A stretch of 28,946 nucleotides of DNA from a virus (IMGVR_UViG_3300025614_000204:1-28946), one strand, 5' to 3'; shown: positions 8,186 to 16,964, counted from the first letter of the stretch. The notes: generated by a model from the letters alone, not told the origin. Translations and numbers: made by a program.

Positions 8186-11100
8186 TTATTGAGTTTCATA
8201 CCCAGACCCAACTGGACCAAATTCAGACTCAATGCCATTAGACTTTTGTGTTACTTTGTAATAATAATCTATCGTTTCTTTTTGAGTATCATCAACAAAT
8301 GTCTGCGTAGATACATCAACACCGTAATGAGGGATAGTGTCAACATAATGATATTCTGGTGGATTTGCAGTATGTCCTGCTGTATCGGTCCTGTAAATAT
8401 TATACTCTTCTGCTGGGTTTTGGAATGCTGGATCCGGAACCCAAGTTCCATTTTGAGCAGGACATATTGTTTGGTCACCAAGTGTAGGATACACGTTCCA
8501 CGAATAACCATCAGAAGTAAAGGTATTTAAATTCCAAGTATGTTGTTGTTGCCAAGTGTTGTTGTCGTTTGTAAATTGATAAGGTGTCCACGTATGTTGC
8601 TGTGCCCACGAGTTTCCTTCGTTATCAAACGTGTATGTATTCCACGTAGAACCAGCATACCAAGTATTATTATCAGTCAAATAACTATTATTCCACCAAC
8701 TGTAGTTTGGTGCCCAAGTGTTGCCAGCACTCAAAAACGTATTTAGATTCCAACTATTGGCATATGTAAAGGTATTAGGGTTGTCCCATGTATATGTTCT
8801 TGCCCAAGTGTTGCCGTCGTTGGTCCACTGATTGCCTGACCAATTGTATCCATTATCCGTCCAAGTATGTGCCAACCAAGTATGTTGTTGACCCCAGTTA
8901 TTAGTCGGAGTCCAAGATGCTCCGTTTGGATACCAAGTATTGTCTGCAGTCCAAGTATTAGGTGTCCAAGTATTAGGTGTCCATGTGTTTGCAGTTCCCC
9001 AAGTTCGGTTTCCATTATCGACAGTAGAATTTTGAGGATAAATATATTCATTCGATTCCCAACCAGCACGATATGCGGGGTAGGGATTATACCATCCTGG
9101 GTAAATTTCAGGGTGGTTTATATTATTGTTTGCGAACCAAGTCTCCGCGGATGTTGGGTTACAAGAAGTCTGTGCAATATCAGTTACATACCATGCTGTG
9201 TATTTCCAATCGCTGGAACTTTCATGATCGACGTGTCCGTACTGACAACTAGGTATCCAGCCAGGTGGCTCCAAGTAATCTACCCTAACATAACAATTAC
9301 CTTTCGACAAACAAGTAGCAGAGGAATTGTCCCAAGCACTTTCATCGCTCGGTGGCATAGGACAGTTAATACCATTACCACTAACTATGATTTTGGAATT
9401 CACACAACTACCAGCAGACGTACAAGATGGGTCGGTAGTCCACGAAGAGTCTTGACAAAGTCCATTGCTGATGCCAGACGTACACGCAGAATAGTCGTGG
9501 TTTTTAGTAGTGTCAGTACAAGTTCCCCCGTCAATCGGATCTATACATACTAACTTATTGTTGTTATATGTAGCGTCTCCAACACAAGTTCCATCTACTT
9601 CACAAGCAAGCTGATTTTGAGAAGTAAAATCAGAACAATATGCTGTTGCTTCGCAATCAGTTTGATTGGTTTCTTGCGTATTAGTACACGCACCAGACAT
9701 ACCTAAACAGTCAGCAGAATTGTTGTATTGTGGGTCAGAACATCTATCAAGTTGGCAGGCGTTCAGTGTTGTGTAATTAGGATTTGAAGTTTCAGCAACG
9801 TCGTCGCACCAACCATTATCGGCATTAAAAAGGATACATGCACTTTCGTTACCAAAGGTTGGGTCGGAACAAAATCCAGATAAAGTACAAGCAGACGCGG
9901 TTGTATGAGTAGTAACAATTGTTCCACTACCAATAACACCGTCCCAACAATGACCAGTTCCAGTACAAACTGTTTGTAGATTATCATAAGCTGGGGTGTT
10001 TACTCCATCAACATTAAAACACAAACCAGCTAAATCCACACAAGATACTTCGTCCGTCCATGTAATATCACTACAAGAATAAGCATTTTCACAAGATGCT
10101 TGGGTATTATTAATTAAAGGAAAATCACTACAAATTCCATTTGCAATATTAACACAACCGGCTGGATCATTGTTGTATATTACTTCACTACAAGTTCCTT
10201 CATCAATACAAAGTTGTTTTGATTGTCCAGATAAATCACTACAATATCCATTTGCGTCTGATACACAAACGATTGGTTGATTATTATAAGAAGTATTTGA
10301 ACATATTCCTTCATCTTCGCAAGTCTGCTGTGTTGTTAAATTATAATTACTACAAACATTATCTTCACATAATGCTTCAGTATTAGGGTATGTGGCAGGA
10401 CCATCAGATAAGTTATCTTGTCTGTAAAAATTACCACCAACGTAAGTTTCAACATCACCAGGCGGTGTGAAATATAACTCTTCTCTCCAGTTGCCCCACC
10501 CCTGACCAAAGTACATAAGAATTGGGTAGTATGAATGAGCGTCAAGGGTTATTGTGTTTGATATTGACCGAGCTCCGTGTGGACCACTATTGTCAATAAG
10601 TTCATTAGTATTATTCCTTCTAGTGATCAAATCATCAATATCTTCGTCTTTATTTCCTACCCACAACCAAGTCGAATCATCGGAATTTATCCTAAATGTA
10701 TATACACCTGCATGTGTGGTTTTAAAATACCCTTGACGTTTACGAGCAAAGTATTGTTGAGAATTGTTACCGTTACTGTAAACTTGAGTATCTATCCAAG
10801 AACTAGTTAATGTTGCAGTATCAAACCAATTGAAGTTTCCGTCAAAATCTTGTCCCGCATTGCCACTGTACCCAGAATACTGCGTTGTATGCAACCCTAG
10901 TCCTGTTGTTAATTCACAATACCCATTTACAAGGTCAAGACAGTTATTAAATTGGTCTGTATATGTAGGGTTAGAACATGTTCCAGAAGTAATGCACTGT
11001 AAAGACGAGGGGTATGTTGGGTCACTACAAATAGCAGTTTCACAGAATGCTTTGCTTGAATTGTGAGTAGTGTCTAAACAATAACCATTAATATCAGCCT

Positions 11101-13153
11101 CACATTGATTTTGGTTGTTGTCATATGCAGGGATACTTATCTCCGGCAATACGTTCTTATCCCAGCATGAACCTGCTCCTTCACACGTTGCTTGGTCTGC
11201 ATAAGCAGTATCAGAACATCTAGCAATTTCACATGTAGATTCAGTAGTATATGTTGAAAAAGAACAAGTACCATCACTTTCACACGCAAATTGGTTGTTG
11301 TCGTAAGTAGTCCCAAGATTATTACACGTTCCTGCAGCACCACAAAGAGCCTGAGTTCCCCAAGTTTGATCAGAACACATAATAGACTCACACGCAAGTT
11401 CAAAAGTAAAGGTTGTGTCTGAACAATATCCACTAACAGGGTCTACACATAATGTTGGATTGTTGTTGTATGATGGATTGGAACAATCACCAGAATCTAC
11501 ACAATCCTCACCAACGTATATTGATATTAAAGAACCACCGATATCTTCACACTTATAACAATCACCAATTAAAGGGTTTACTGTTGGGTTTGATGTCCAA
11601 GATACCGTAATTTGTTTATACTGTCCAGAAGAAACCACCATATCTTCAACTAATTCCATATATTCATCACCAGACATAGAACCTTCTTCGCCAGGAAGTT
11701 CGACCTCCCAAGTAGCACCATGGTTTACGCAGATTTCAGGTGCGTAGTTTTCTATCCAATCACCAGTACCTCCGACTTGCCAAGTGTTAATTGATGGATC
11801 GTGCCAGAAGAAATACCATTGCGGATACCAGTTATACCCTTTGGTGCAGGCAGATTCGGTCCAACCGGCGTTCCCAGCAGTAAGGTTATACCAACTTCTA
11901 GGAGAAGTGAGGTTTGTAGTGCGTTCATAGTAACAAGCCGGTCCACTCATTCCATTACCAGAACAATTAATTTCGGTTTCAAATACAGAATGCCATGTAT
12001 TGGGGTCATTTTTCCTACGAACCATAAGTTCCAAACCAGTATCAGTATTTACACAAATAGAATGGTGCGGTGCTTCGCAAGATGCTTGATCGGTATCTTC
12101 GGAATACGGTTCGCACGTATATTCCTCACTACACCGAACGAACCCTGGAGACAAATCTCCAACACGAATAGCACCAGAACCAGTAACACTTAGAGCACCA
12201 ACCCAATAATAATGAGTGCCTATGTTAGATAACGTTACATCAGAGAACCAAATATCAGCAGTATTGCCGAGCAATTCTTGGTTCGATGTGAGGTTATCTT
12301 GGTCAAAGAAGTTAAATGCGTCTTTATCTATCGATCGATAAATGTTATATGAAACCGAACCAGCGACAGCAACCCAAGTTACTTGGACGAATCCTGGCAT
12401 TTGGTTATCACCGTCCGTAGCATTCAACGATGTTGGGGCGTCAACAGGATAGGATTGGACATTAACTCTAAATTCAGTATCAAAAAGAGTAAGTGTTAGA
12501 GGTTCTTCGTAAAATCTAAACCAAGATACCTCACACTTTTCTATTGAAACATTATTACTTGTTGCCCAATCATAACAAACACCATCAATTAATTCATAAC
12601 CAGCATTACATGGAATTGAATTATTGTCAATATCATATGTTTGGGGGTAAGAATCTAACGTTTTTCTATTTGTAGTAACAGGAATACTAACGGTTGCCTT
12701 TGGAACAGACCAACCTGTTGGTTGCAACCACGCATTGGTTCCGATCCAAATATTCTCTTCAGTCAGGCAATCGGTTTGGTTATCATTATAAGTCGGATCG
12801 GAACATTGTCCAATTGCAAGACAAACAAGTTCTTCTAAATAAGTTGGGTCTGAACAATGAGCAACTTCTTGTTCAATAAGATTAGTAGAAATAGTCAATT
12901 GCGAAACAGAAGCAAGTCCATCCGATGTGAAGAAACTACGAACTACTTCTAATACATTAGACGACCCCGCGTCTTTGAAGAATGGTTCTGCTACTGCCAA
13001 TTGGTTACATTTAAGGGTTGCCTCGGTTGCATTTTCAGAAGAGGTAATAATAGTGGTAACACGTAGGTTTCCACCATGCGTCGACATGCCCACATCTGCG
13101 ACATCGCCAGTCCATTCTTGTATTGGATTATAGTTAAATAGATTTTCACTCAT
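8186..13153 (-). CDS. Giant Cys/Trp-rich putative virion fibre/adhesin: two FN3-like domains, nested Cys-pair repeats, PA14 domain, Trp-rich return arm
   Basis: FN3 signatures (VTW..V..SYNIYRS..YYWV; ITVSW/YNIYR..YYYKV..ES); PA14 GYF..GVYTFRINSDD..LWVG..HG; about 30 CSDxxxxxxxxC modules; about 30 NT(W/F) motifs; no signal peptide. Confidence 0.8.
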   Translation of the reverse strand: MSENLFNYNPIQEWTGDVADVGMSTHGGNLRVTTIITSSENATEATLKCNQLAVAEPFFKDAGSSNVLEVVRSFFTSDGLASVSQLTISTNLIEQEVAHCSDPTYLEELVCLAIGQCSDPTYNDNQTDCLTEENIWIGTNAWLQPTGWSVPKATVSIPVTTNRKTLDSYPQTYDIDNNSIPCNAGYELIDGVCYDWATSNNVSIEKCEVSWFRFYEEPLTLTLFDTEFRVNVQSYPVDAPTSLNATDGDNQMPGFVQVTWVAVAGSVSYNIYRSIDKDAFNFFDQDNLTSNQELLGNTADIWFSDVTLSNIGTHYYWVGALSVTGSGAIRVGDLSPGFVRCSEEYTCEPYSEDTDQASCEAPHHSICVNTDTGLELMVRRKNDPNTWHSVFETEINCSGNGMSGPACYYERTTNLTSPRSWYNLTAGNAGWTESACTKGYNWYPQWYFFWHDPSINTWQVGGTGDWIENYAPEICVNHGATWEVELPGEEGSMSGDEYMELVEDMVVSSGQYKQITVSWTSNPTVNPLIGDCYKCEDIGGSLISIYVGEDCVDSGDCSNPSYNNNPTLCVDPVSGYCSDTTFTFELACESIMCSDQTWGTQALCGAAGTCNNLGTTYDNNQFACESDGTCSFSTYTTESTCEIARCSDTAYADQATCEGAGSCWDKNVLPEISIPAYDNNQNQCEADINGYCLDTTHNSSKAFCETAICSDPTYPSSLQCITSGTCSNPTYTDQFNNCLDLVNGYCELTTGLGLHTTQYSGYSGNAGQDFDGNFNWFDTATLTSSWIDTQVYSNGNNSQQYFARKRQGYFKTTHAGVYTFRINSDDSTWLWVGNKDEDIDDLITRRNNTNELIDNSGPHGARSISNTITLDAHSYYPILMYFGQGWGNWREELYFTPPGDVETYVGGNFYRQDNLSDGPATYPNTEALCEDNVCSNYNLTTQQTCEDEGICSNTSYNNQPIVCVSDANGYCSDLSGQSKQLCIDEGTCSEVIYNNDPAGCVNIANGICSDFPLINNTQASCENAYSCSDITWTDEVSCVDLAGLCFNVDGVNTPAYDNLQTVCTGTGHCWDGVIGSGTIVTTHTTASACTLSGFCSDPTFGNESACILFNADNGWCDDVAETSNPNYTTLNACQLDRCSDPQYNNSADCLGMSGACTNTQETNQTDCEATAYCSDFTSQNQLACEVDGTCVGDATYNNNKLVCIDPIDGGTCTDTTKNHDYSACTSGISNGLCQDSSWTTDPSCTSAGSCVNSKIIVSGNGINCPMPPSDESAWDNSSATCLSKGNCYVRVDYLEPPGWIPSCQYGHVDHESSSDWKYTAWYVTDIAQTSCNPTSAETWFANNNINHPEIYPGWYNPYPAYRAGWESNEYIYPQNSTVDNGNRTWGTANTWTPNTWTPNTWTADNTWYPNGASWTPTNNWGQQHTWLAHTWTDNGYNWSGNQWTNDGNTWARTYTWDNPNTFTYANSWNLNTFLSAGNTWAPNYSWWNNSYLTDNNTWYAGSTWNTYTFDNEGNSWAQQHTWTPYQFTNDNNTWQQQHTWNLNTFTSDGYSWNVYPTLGDQTICPAQNGTWVPDPAFQNPAEEYNIYRTDTAGHTANPPEYHYVDTIPHYGVDVSTQTFVDDTQKETIDYYYKVTQKSNGIESEFGPVGSGYETQ
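8498..9019 (-). repeat. Trp/Phe-rich 5-7 aa coding repeat array (xxNTW), including a perfect 15-bp tandem duplication at 8951-8980
   Basis: 29 motifs from DNGNRTW to TSDGYSW by hand count; CCAAGTATTAGGTGT x2. Confidence 0.9.
9160..11560 (-). repeat. Array of about 30 Cys-pair coding modules (C-S-D-x-x-(Y/W/F)-x4-6-C), interrupted by PA14 at about 10420-10903
   Basis: Read from translation, e.g. CSDTAYADQATC, CSDPTFGNESAC, CSDPQYNNSADC. Confidence 0.9.
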
Positions 13154-13161
13154 AGTGCTAC

Positions 13162-13169
13162 TATTTATT
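13162..13169 (-). promoter_or_regulatory. Probable T4-type late promoter (AATAAATA) 8 nt before the giant gene
   Basis: 7/8 match to TATAAATA, overlapping the upstream stop codon. Confidence 0.55.
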
Positions 13170-13746
13170 AGTTTTCTATACTAGAAACGACCTCTGAGTG
13201 TATTTTAGCAATGTAATACGCGTCAACCACATCACTTATTGGTCCATTGATTTTCTCAGGATTGATATCAAACCCAAAGGTTTTCTCAAGGTCTAATCCA
13301 GTTTCTTCGATAAATGCTTCATACATCTTTTCTTTATTGGCATTACCCTTTTCGGTAGCAAATTTCTTAACAGAAGAAGGAGCATATGTAGTTAAGTCCC
13401 AACCTTCTATTACTTGAATGTAGTGTTTAAGAATGCCAGTGTTTTCACCAATATTAAATACTTGTCCTTTTGCACCCATAGCATAACCCTCTAAACCAAT
13501 AGACGGTTCTGCAGAACCTTCGGGCCAGTGTTCGAAAATATACTCACGGACTTGTTGTGCTAGTTTATCAAAACGTTCGGCATTATGTTCCCAATCTTTA
13601 ACAAGAACGCCTTCAAATTGCCCATACACACCCTCATACTTCTTCATTGAAGTGATGTAAAGGAACTTACAGTTTTCTATTTTGAATTCACCGTCGCACA
13701 CACAAACAGCAGGAGACGACATCGAATAGTCAATTCCTACTATCAT
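13168..13746 (-). CDS. RuvC-like Holliday junction resolvase / RNase H-fold nuclease
   Basis: IVGIDYS (Asp), IGLEGY (Glu), VKKFAT.KGNANKE, SDVVDAYYIA (DxxDA). Confidence 0.8.
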   Translation of the reverse strand: MIVGIDYSMSSPAVCVCDGEFKIENCKFLYITSMKKYEGVYGQFEGVLVKDWEHNAERFDKLAQQVREYIFEHWPEGSAEPSIGLEGYAMGAKGQVFNIGENTGILKHYIQVIEGWDLTTYAPSSVKKFATEKGNANKEKMYEAFIEETGLDLEKTFGFDINPEKINGPISDVVDAYYIAKIHSEVVSSIEN

Positions 13747-13892
13747 TTACTTCTTTCTTCGGTCTCAACTGCAACGTCATCCGATCCACAGAAAGGACAT
13801 AGTTCTTCTATGTCATATCTAGATTCAATCATATCGTGTTGTATTTTACATACTGCTTGGCAGTCGTCGCATTGGATAGTCACTTCAATCAT
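13743..13892 (-). CDS. Small zinc-ribbon protein, 49 aa (not in ORF track)
   Basis: MIEVTIQCDDCQAVCKIQHDMIESRYDIEELCPFCGSDDVAVETEERSK; CxxC...CPFC; ATGA overlap with RuvC-like start. Confidence 0.75.
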   Translation of the reverse strand: MIEVTIQCDDCQAVCKIQHDMIESRYDIEELCPFCGSDDVAVETEERSK

Positions 13893-13919
13893 AATCTTAT
13901 TTGGTAGTTTAATTAAATT

Positions 13920-13927
13920 TATTTATA
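13920..13927 (-). promoter_or_regulatory. T4-type late promoter TATAAATA
   Basis: Exact intergenic match upstream of Zn-ribbon, RuvC-like and fibre genes. Confidence 0.7.
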
Positions 13928-13935
13928 ACCAAATA

Positions 13936-14319
13936 TTATCTACATCTATTAAAGTTTTTTATAGAACCAATATTTGATACATTTTTGTAACCAACCTCTT
14001 CTAATTTAGTCTTTGCCAATTGGGCAGTATATCCATCATTACAATACACCATAATAGGGATATTGTAAGAAATTCCTCTGCCTTGCATTTCCGTTTGGAT
14101 AAATTGACACGGTATATTTTGGGATAAATGTATTTTAGTTCCTTGGAAATCTACAGGCTGTCTTACATCAACAAGTAACCCTCCTGCATCAATTGTAAGT
14201 CTAACATCACCACAAGTCATCTCAGTAATAGAAGGCGTCTGCGGAGTTTCTTCAATATCCACAACATTTCTTAATTGACCTCTTACTTGGTCTCTAAAAC
14301 TTTCTCTCATACTTTTCAT
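13936..14319 (-). CDS. Single-domain rhodanese-like protein (PspE/GlpE-type)
   Basis: LLVDVR, NIP, IMVYCNDGYTA active-site loop, L...GYKNV.N. Start chosen just after upstream stop. Confidence 0.8.
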   Translation of the reverse strand: MKSMRESFRDQVRGQLRNVVDIEETPQTPSITEMTCGDVRLTIDAGGLLVDVRQPVDFQGTKIHLSQNIPCQFIQTEMQGRGISYNIPIMVYCNDGYTAQLAKTKLEEVGYKNVSNIGSIKNFNRCR

Positions 14320-14320
14320 A

Positions 14321-14539
14321 TTACATCCATCCTTTTCCATTCATCATTTCGTTTGCCTGTCTTACTGCAATATCTTTATCTGGTTCTTTAAACTTACTGC
14401 GAGAAACTGTAATATATCGTTTCCATTTCTTTTCACCACATTTACATGCGTCTAAGTCGATTGTCATATCTTCTGACCATGTACGCACAACTTCAATTAC
14501 TTCGTCGCACGATTCACATTTAAAATTATATATTGGCAT
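14321..14539 (-). CDS. FmdB-family zinc-ribbon protein
   Basis: MPIYNFKCESC ... CKCG. Confidence 0.8.
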   Translation of the reverse strand: MPIYNFKCESCDEVIEVVRTWSEDMTIDLDACKCGEKKWKRYITVSRSKFKEPDKDIAVRQANEMMNGKGWM

Positions 14540-14727
14540 TATTCGTCCTTTAAAAATACTTTATCGTTAGCACTGTATTGTAACCTTTCCGCAAGAATAT
14601 TTCCATCTGCATCTTTGATCCAATTTATACAACGTTCCTTCTTTTCACATTTATCAATAGCATCATTTACATCTTTAGCTGTTACTATAAATTCCTTATC
14701 TTCCGCATAATTTACGTTATATTTCAT
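14539..14727 (-). CDS. Hypothetical protein
   Basis: ATGA overlap with primase stop; TAATG overlap downstream. Confidence 0.65.
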   Translation of the reverse strand: MKYNVNYAEDKEFIVTAKDVNDAIDKCEKKERCINWIKDADGNILAERLQYSANDKVFLKDE

Positions 14728-15749
14728 ACCCTGCTCCATTTTGATAATGCCATCTTTGCTTGTAATCCTTTATATGTATGTCGTTTAATTGACTCGAAAA
14801 TTGATTCCGGAGTCATCCCCTTTAATACCATATCATTGACATCTTTCTCAATGATATTCTCATCCCATATACAGACCGAAAATCCATTATCGATGAACCC
14901 TTCAATCTTTCCTACAATTTCTTTGTTTCTATTTTCATTATCCATTACAATAACAAACTCAGCACCCTTATCTAGAACACACGTTTTTGCCATATCCGAC
15001 CCTGCCATAGCAATTGCATTTGGAATGAACATACTATCAATCGGTCCTTCTAATACGTACACAGGTTTGGTTGTGTCCATCTTATCAAGTCCATATAACT
15101 TACATACAGATTCATCTACCTTAATAGTTATATAACGTAGTTTTGACTTAGGATTGAGTGTTCGACCCTGAAATGCTATTAGGTCTCCTGATTCAGAAAA
15201 GAAAGGAATAATCAGTCGTGCTTCGTCGAACTTGATTGTACCAAACTTATTCTTAACAATAGTGTTAGTCCATGCTTGAAACGTATCAGTCCAATACAGA
15301 CGTTTGATATGTTCTTCAGGTATCTTTCTGCCTTTAACATATTTAACGGCAGGATGGTCGCTAGGCAACCTATCAACACGTTCTAATCCCTGTAACCTAT
15401 TATGTTGAGATGTTTTGAATTTCTTCTTTACAGATTTGAAGAAGTCGTCAACAGTTTCGGGATTCTTACGTTTAGTCTTATTACCAAACTTCTCCAATAC
15501 GTATTGTTTCTTTAGGTTTGGGTCAACGTCATTTAAGAAGTTAGAAAACCCAGTAGAGACTCCACAGTTATGGCACTTATACATTACATCGCCTTCATAT
15601 TCAAATATGAATCCACGTGCTTTAGTTTTGTCTTTTTGAGAGTCACCGCAAAGTGGGCAACGACAGTTCCAAAGGTTCTTTCCTCTCTTCTTAAACTGTT
15701 CTAAACGTACACCGACGATGCCGATATATTTTTGAGTAATATAATCCAT
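14724..15749 (-). CDS. 61: DNA primase (T4 gp61-like)
   Basis: Zn finger CPLCGDS..KARG..YKCHNCG; FQGR; TOPRIM VLEGPIDSMF, DNE.RN, KDVNDM. Confidence 0.95.
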   Translation of the reverse strand: MDYITQKYIGIVGVRLEQFKKRGKNLWNCRCPLCGDSQKDKTKARGFIFEYEGDVMYKCHNCGVSTGFSNFLNDVDPNLKKQYVLEKFGNKTKRKNPETVDDFFKSVKKKFKTSQHNRLQGLERVDRLPSDHPAVKYVKGRKIPEEHIKRLYWTDTFQAWTNTIVKNKFGTIKFDEARLIIPFFSESGDLIAFQGRTLNPKSKLRYITIKVDESVCKLYGLDKMDTTKPVYVLEGPIDSMFIPNAIAMAGSDMAKTCVLDKGAEFVIVMDNENRNKEIVGKIEGFIDNGFSVCIWDENIIEKDVNDMVLKGMTPESIFESIKRHTYKGLQAKMALSKWSRV

Positions 15750-15756
15750 AGTATCT

Positions 15757-15786
15757 ATTATACTATAAACTACATCAAAAGTAAAG
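15757..15786 (-). promoter_or_regulatory. Sigma70-type phage early promoter directly abutting primase ATG
   Basis: CTTTACTTTTGATGTAGTTTATAGTATAAT-AGATACT-ATG. Confidence 0.85.
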
Positions 15787-15789
15787 GTT

Positions 15790-16077
15790 TTATCTTCTTA
15801 TTACTTGAAAGACTGGGTCTTTTGGATGTTTGACTAACATCCCACCTTTATTTGCTTTTGCGTAGTTGGCGACGTTTTTGCCCCAAGACGATTTACCTAC
15901 GAATGAGTCCCAACGTTTATATCGGTTCTTTCCTAGTCGTACGTTGTCATACGTATCACTATCTGGGGCAGTGAAATAATTACTTCCAAATGCTTTACCG
16001 TTTGGTGTGAATAACGGCATGTCTTTTTGGACATTTACTGCTCCACCACCATCACCGACTGTTACTTCTTCATTCAT
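15790..16077 (-). CDS. Hypothetical protein
   Basis: 95-aa ORF coupled by ATGA overlap. Confidence 0.7.
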   Translation of the reverse strand: MNEEVTVGDGGGAVNVQKDMPLFTPNGKAFGSNYFTAPDSDTYDNVRLGKNRYKRWDSFVGKSSWGKNVANYAKANKGGMLVKHPKDPVFQVIRR

Positions 16078-16511
16078 TTTATATTCTCCAACAACATATG
16101 ATTACTCATTATTGTTTCCATCTGCATAGACTCACTTAGAGTAAGACTATCGTTACAATAATCAAGGAATGCTTCGTCTAATGCTTCTGAGTTCGTGCCA
16201 TGTTTAATAAGTTCTTCTTTAAATAAGAAATATGCAGCGGCCGCTTTGCCTAGTTTGGATTTCATTCCAGGTAGTTTTTCCATCAACTGTTTAAGTTTTC
16301 TTAAAAGTCTATGAAAGAATGTGTAGTTTGCCTTCTCAGCGGACATGGTACGGTTCTTTTTAATAACGTTACCCTTGTCATCAATAATACCAAGTTTATA
16401 TGCTTCCCAATCTGTCCAATCCATTGAGATAAACTTTGCGAATTTATACACAAAATACATATCTAATGCTGCAGATCCTCCACCTTGAGGTGCTTCGTTT
16501 AAATTATTCAT
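16074..16511 (-). CDS. Conserved hypothetical protein of marine T4-like phages
   Basis: AYKLGIIDDKGNVIK..YTFFHRL motif recalled from marine T4-like phages (not searched). Confidence 0.7.
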   Translation of the reverse strand: MNNLNEAPQGGGSAALDMYFVYKFAKFISMDWTDWEAYKLGIIDDKGNVIKKNRTMSAEKANYTFFHRLLRKLKQLMEKLPGMKSKLGKAAAAYFLFKEELIKHGTNSEALDEAFLDYCNDSLTLSESMQMETIMSNHMLLENIK

Positions 16512-16897
16512 CTCATCTCTTTGTTAATTAATTTACACACACTTTCGTCAATGCTCATTTCAGATTGTAGAAAATCGTCTAAGGCGTTCAATTTATGCAA
16601 AAACGTTGATATCACCTCATGGTGTTCTTCGTCTATTTTATACAATAAAATTCTTGTAGTTGCAAATGGACCTAAACTATTAATAAGAATAACAATATGA
16701 TTAATCATTAATCTGGTTTTCATCACACCAGTATTCTTATATTTTGACAACAACCTCTTGATATATTTAATACGTTTAAGGTCGTCCTCAAAATCACATA
16801 CGTCGTCAGTCAGACTCTCTGTATAATGACTCGCCATGTACATCAAAAAGTTCTTGCTGTTCAGGCTCGGAAAGTCCGACTCTTGTAGGTTGTTCAT
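16508..16897 (-). CDS. Conserved hypothetical protein of marine T4-like phages
   Basis: NFLMY..HY..FEDDLKRIKYIKRLL..INH motif recalled from cyanophage/pelagiphage hypotheticals; GAGG SD. Confidence 0.75.
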   Translation of the reverse strand: MNNLQESDFPSLNSKNFLMYMASHYTESLTDDVCDFEDDLKRIKYIKRLLSKYKNTGVMKTRLMINHIVILINSLGPFATTRILLYKIDEEHHEVISTFLHKLNALDDFLQSEMSIDESVCKLINKEMR

Positions 16898-16964
16898 TAT
16901 ATAATTCCTCAGTTACTTCAACTTCTTCTTGTGTAACGATAGTTTCGACCACACTTAGGAACAT

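Noticed and set aside
8186-9410. Diversity-generating retroelement target in the fibre gene
   Set aside because: No reverse transcriptase and no template/variable repeat pair differing at adenines seen in this window.
8269-11946. Alternative-frame minus-strand ORFs inside the giant gene
   Set aside because: Fully nested, no SD or recognisable motifs; expected by-product of repetitive coding sequence.
16806-16964. 52-aa acidic ORF starting immediately after the stop at 16965
   Set aside because: More than half overlaps the conserved gene starting at 16897; cannot be supported, though not excluded.
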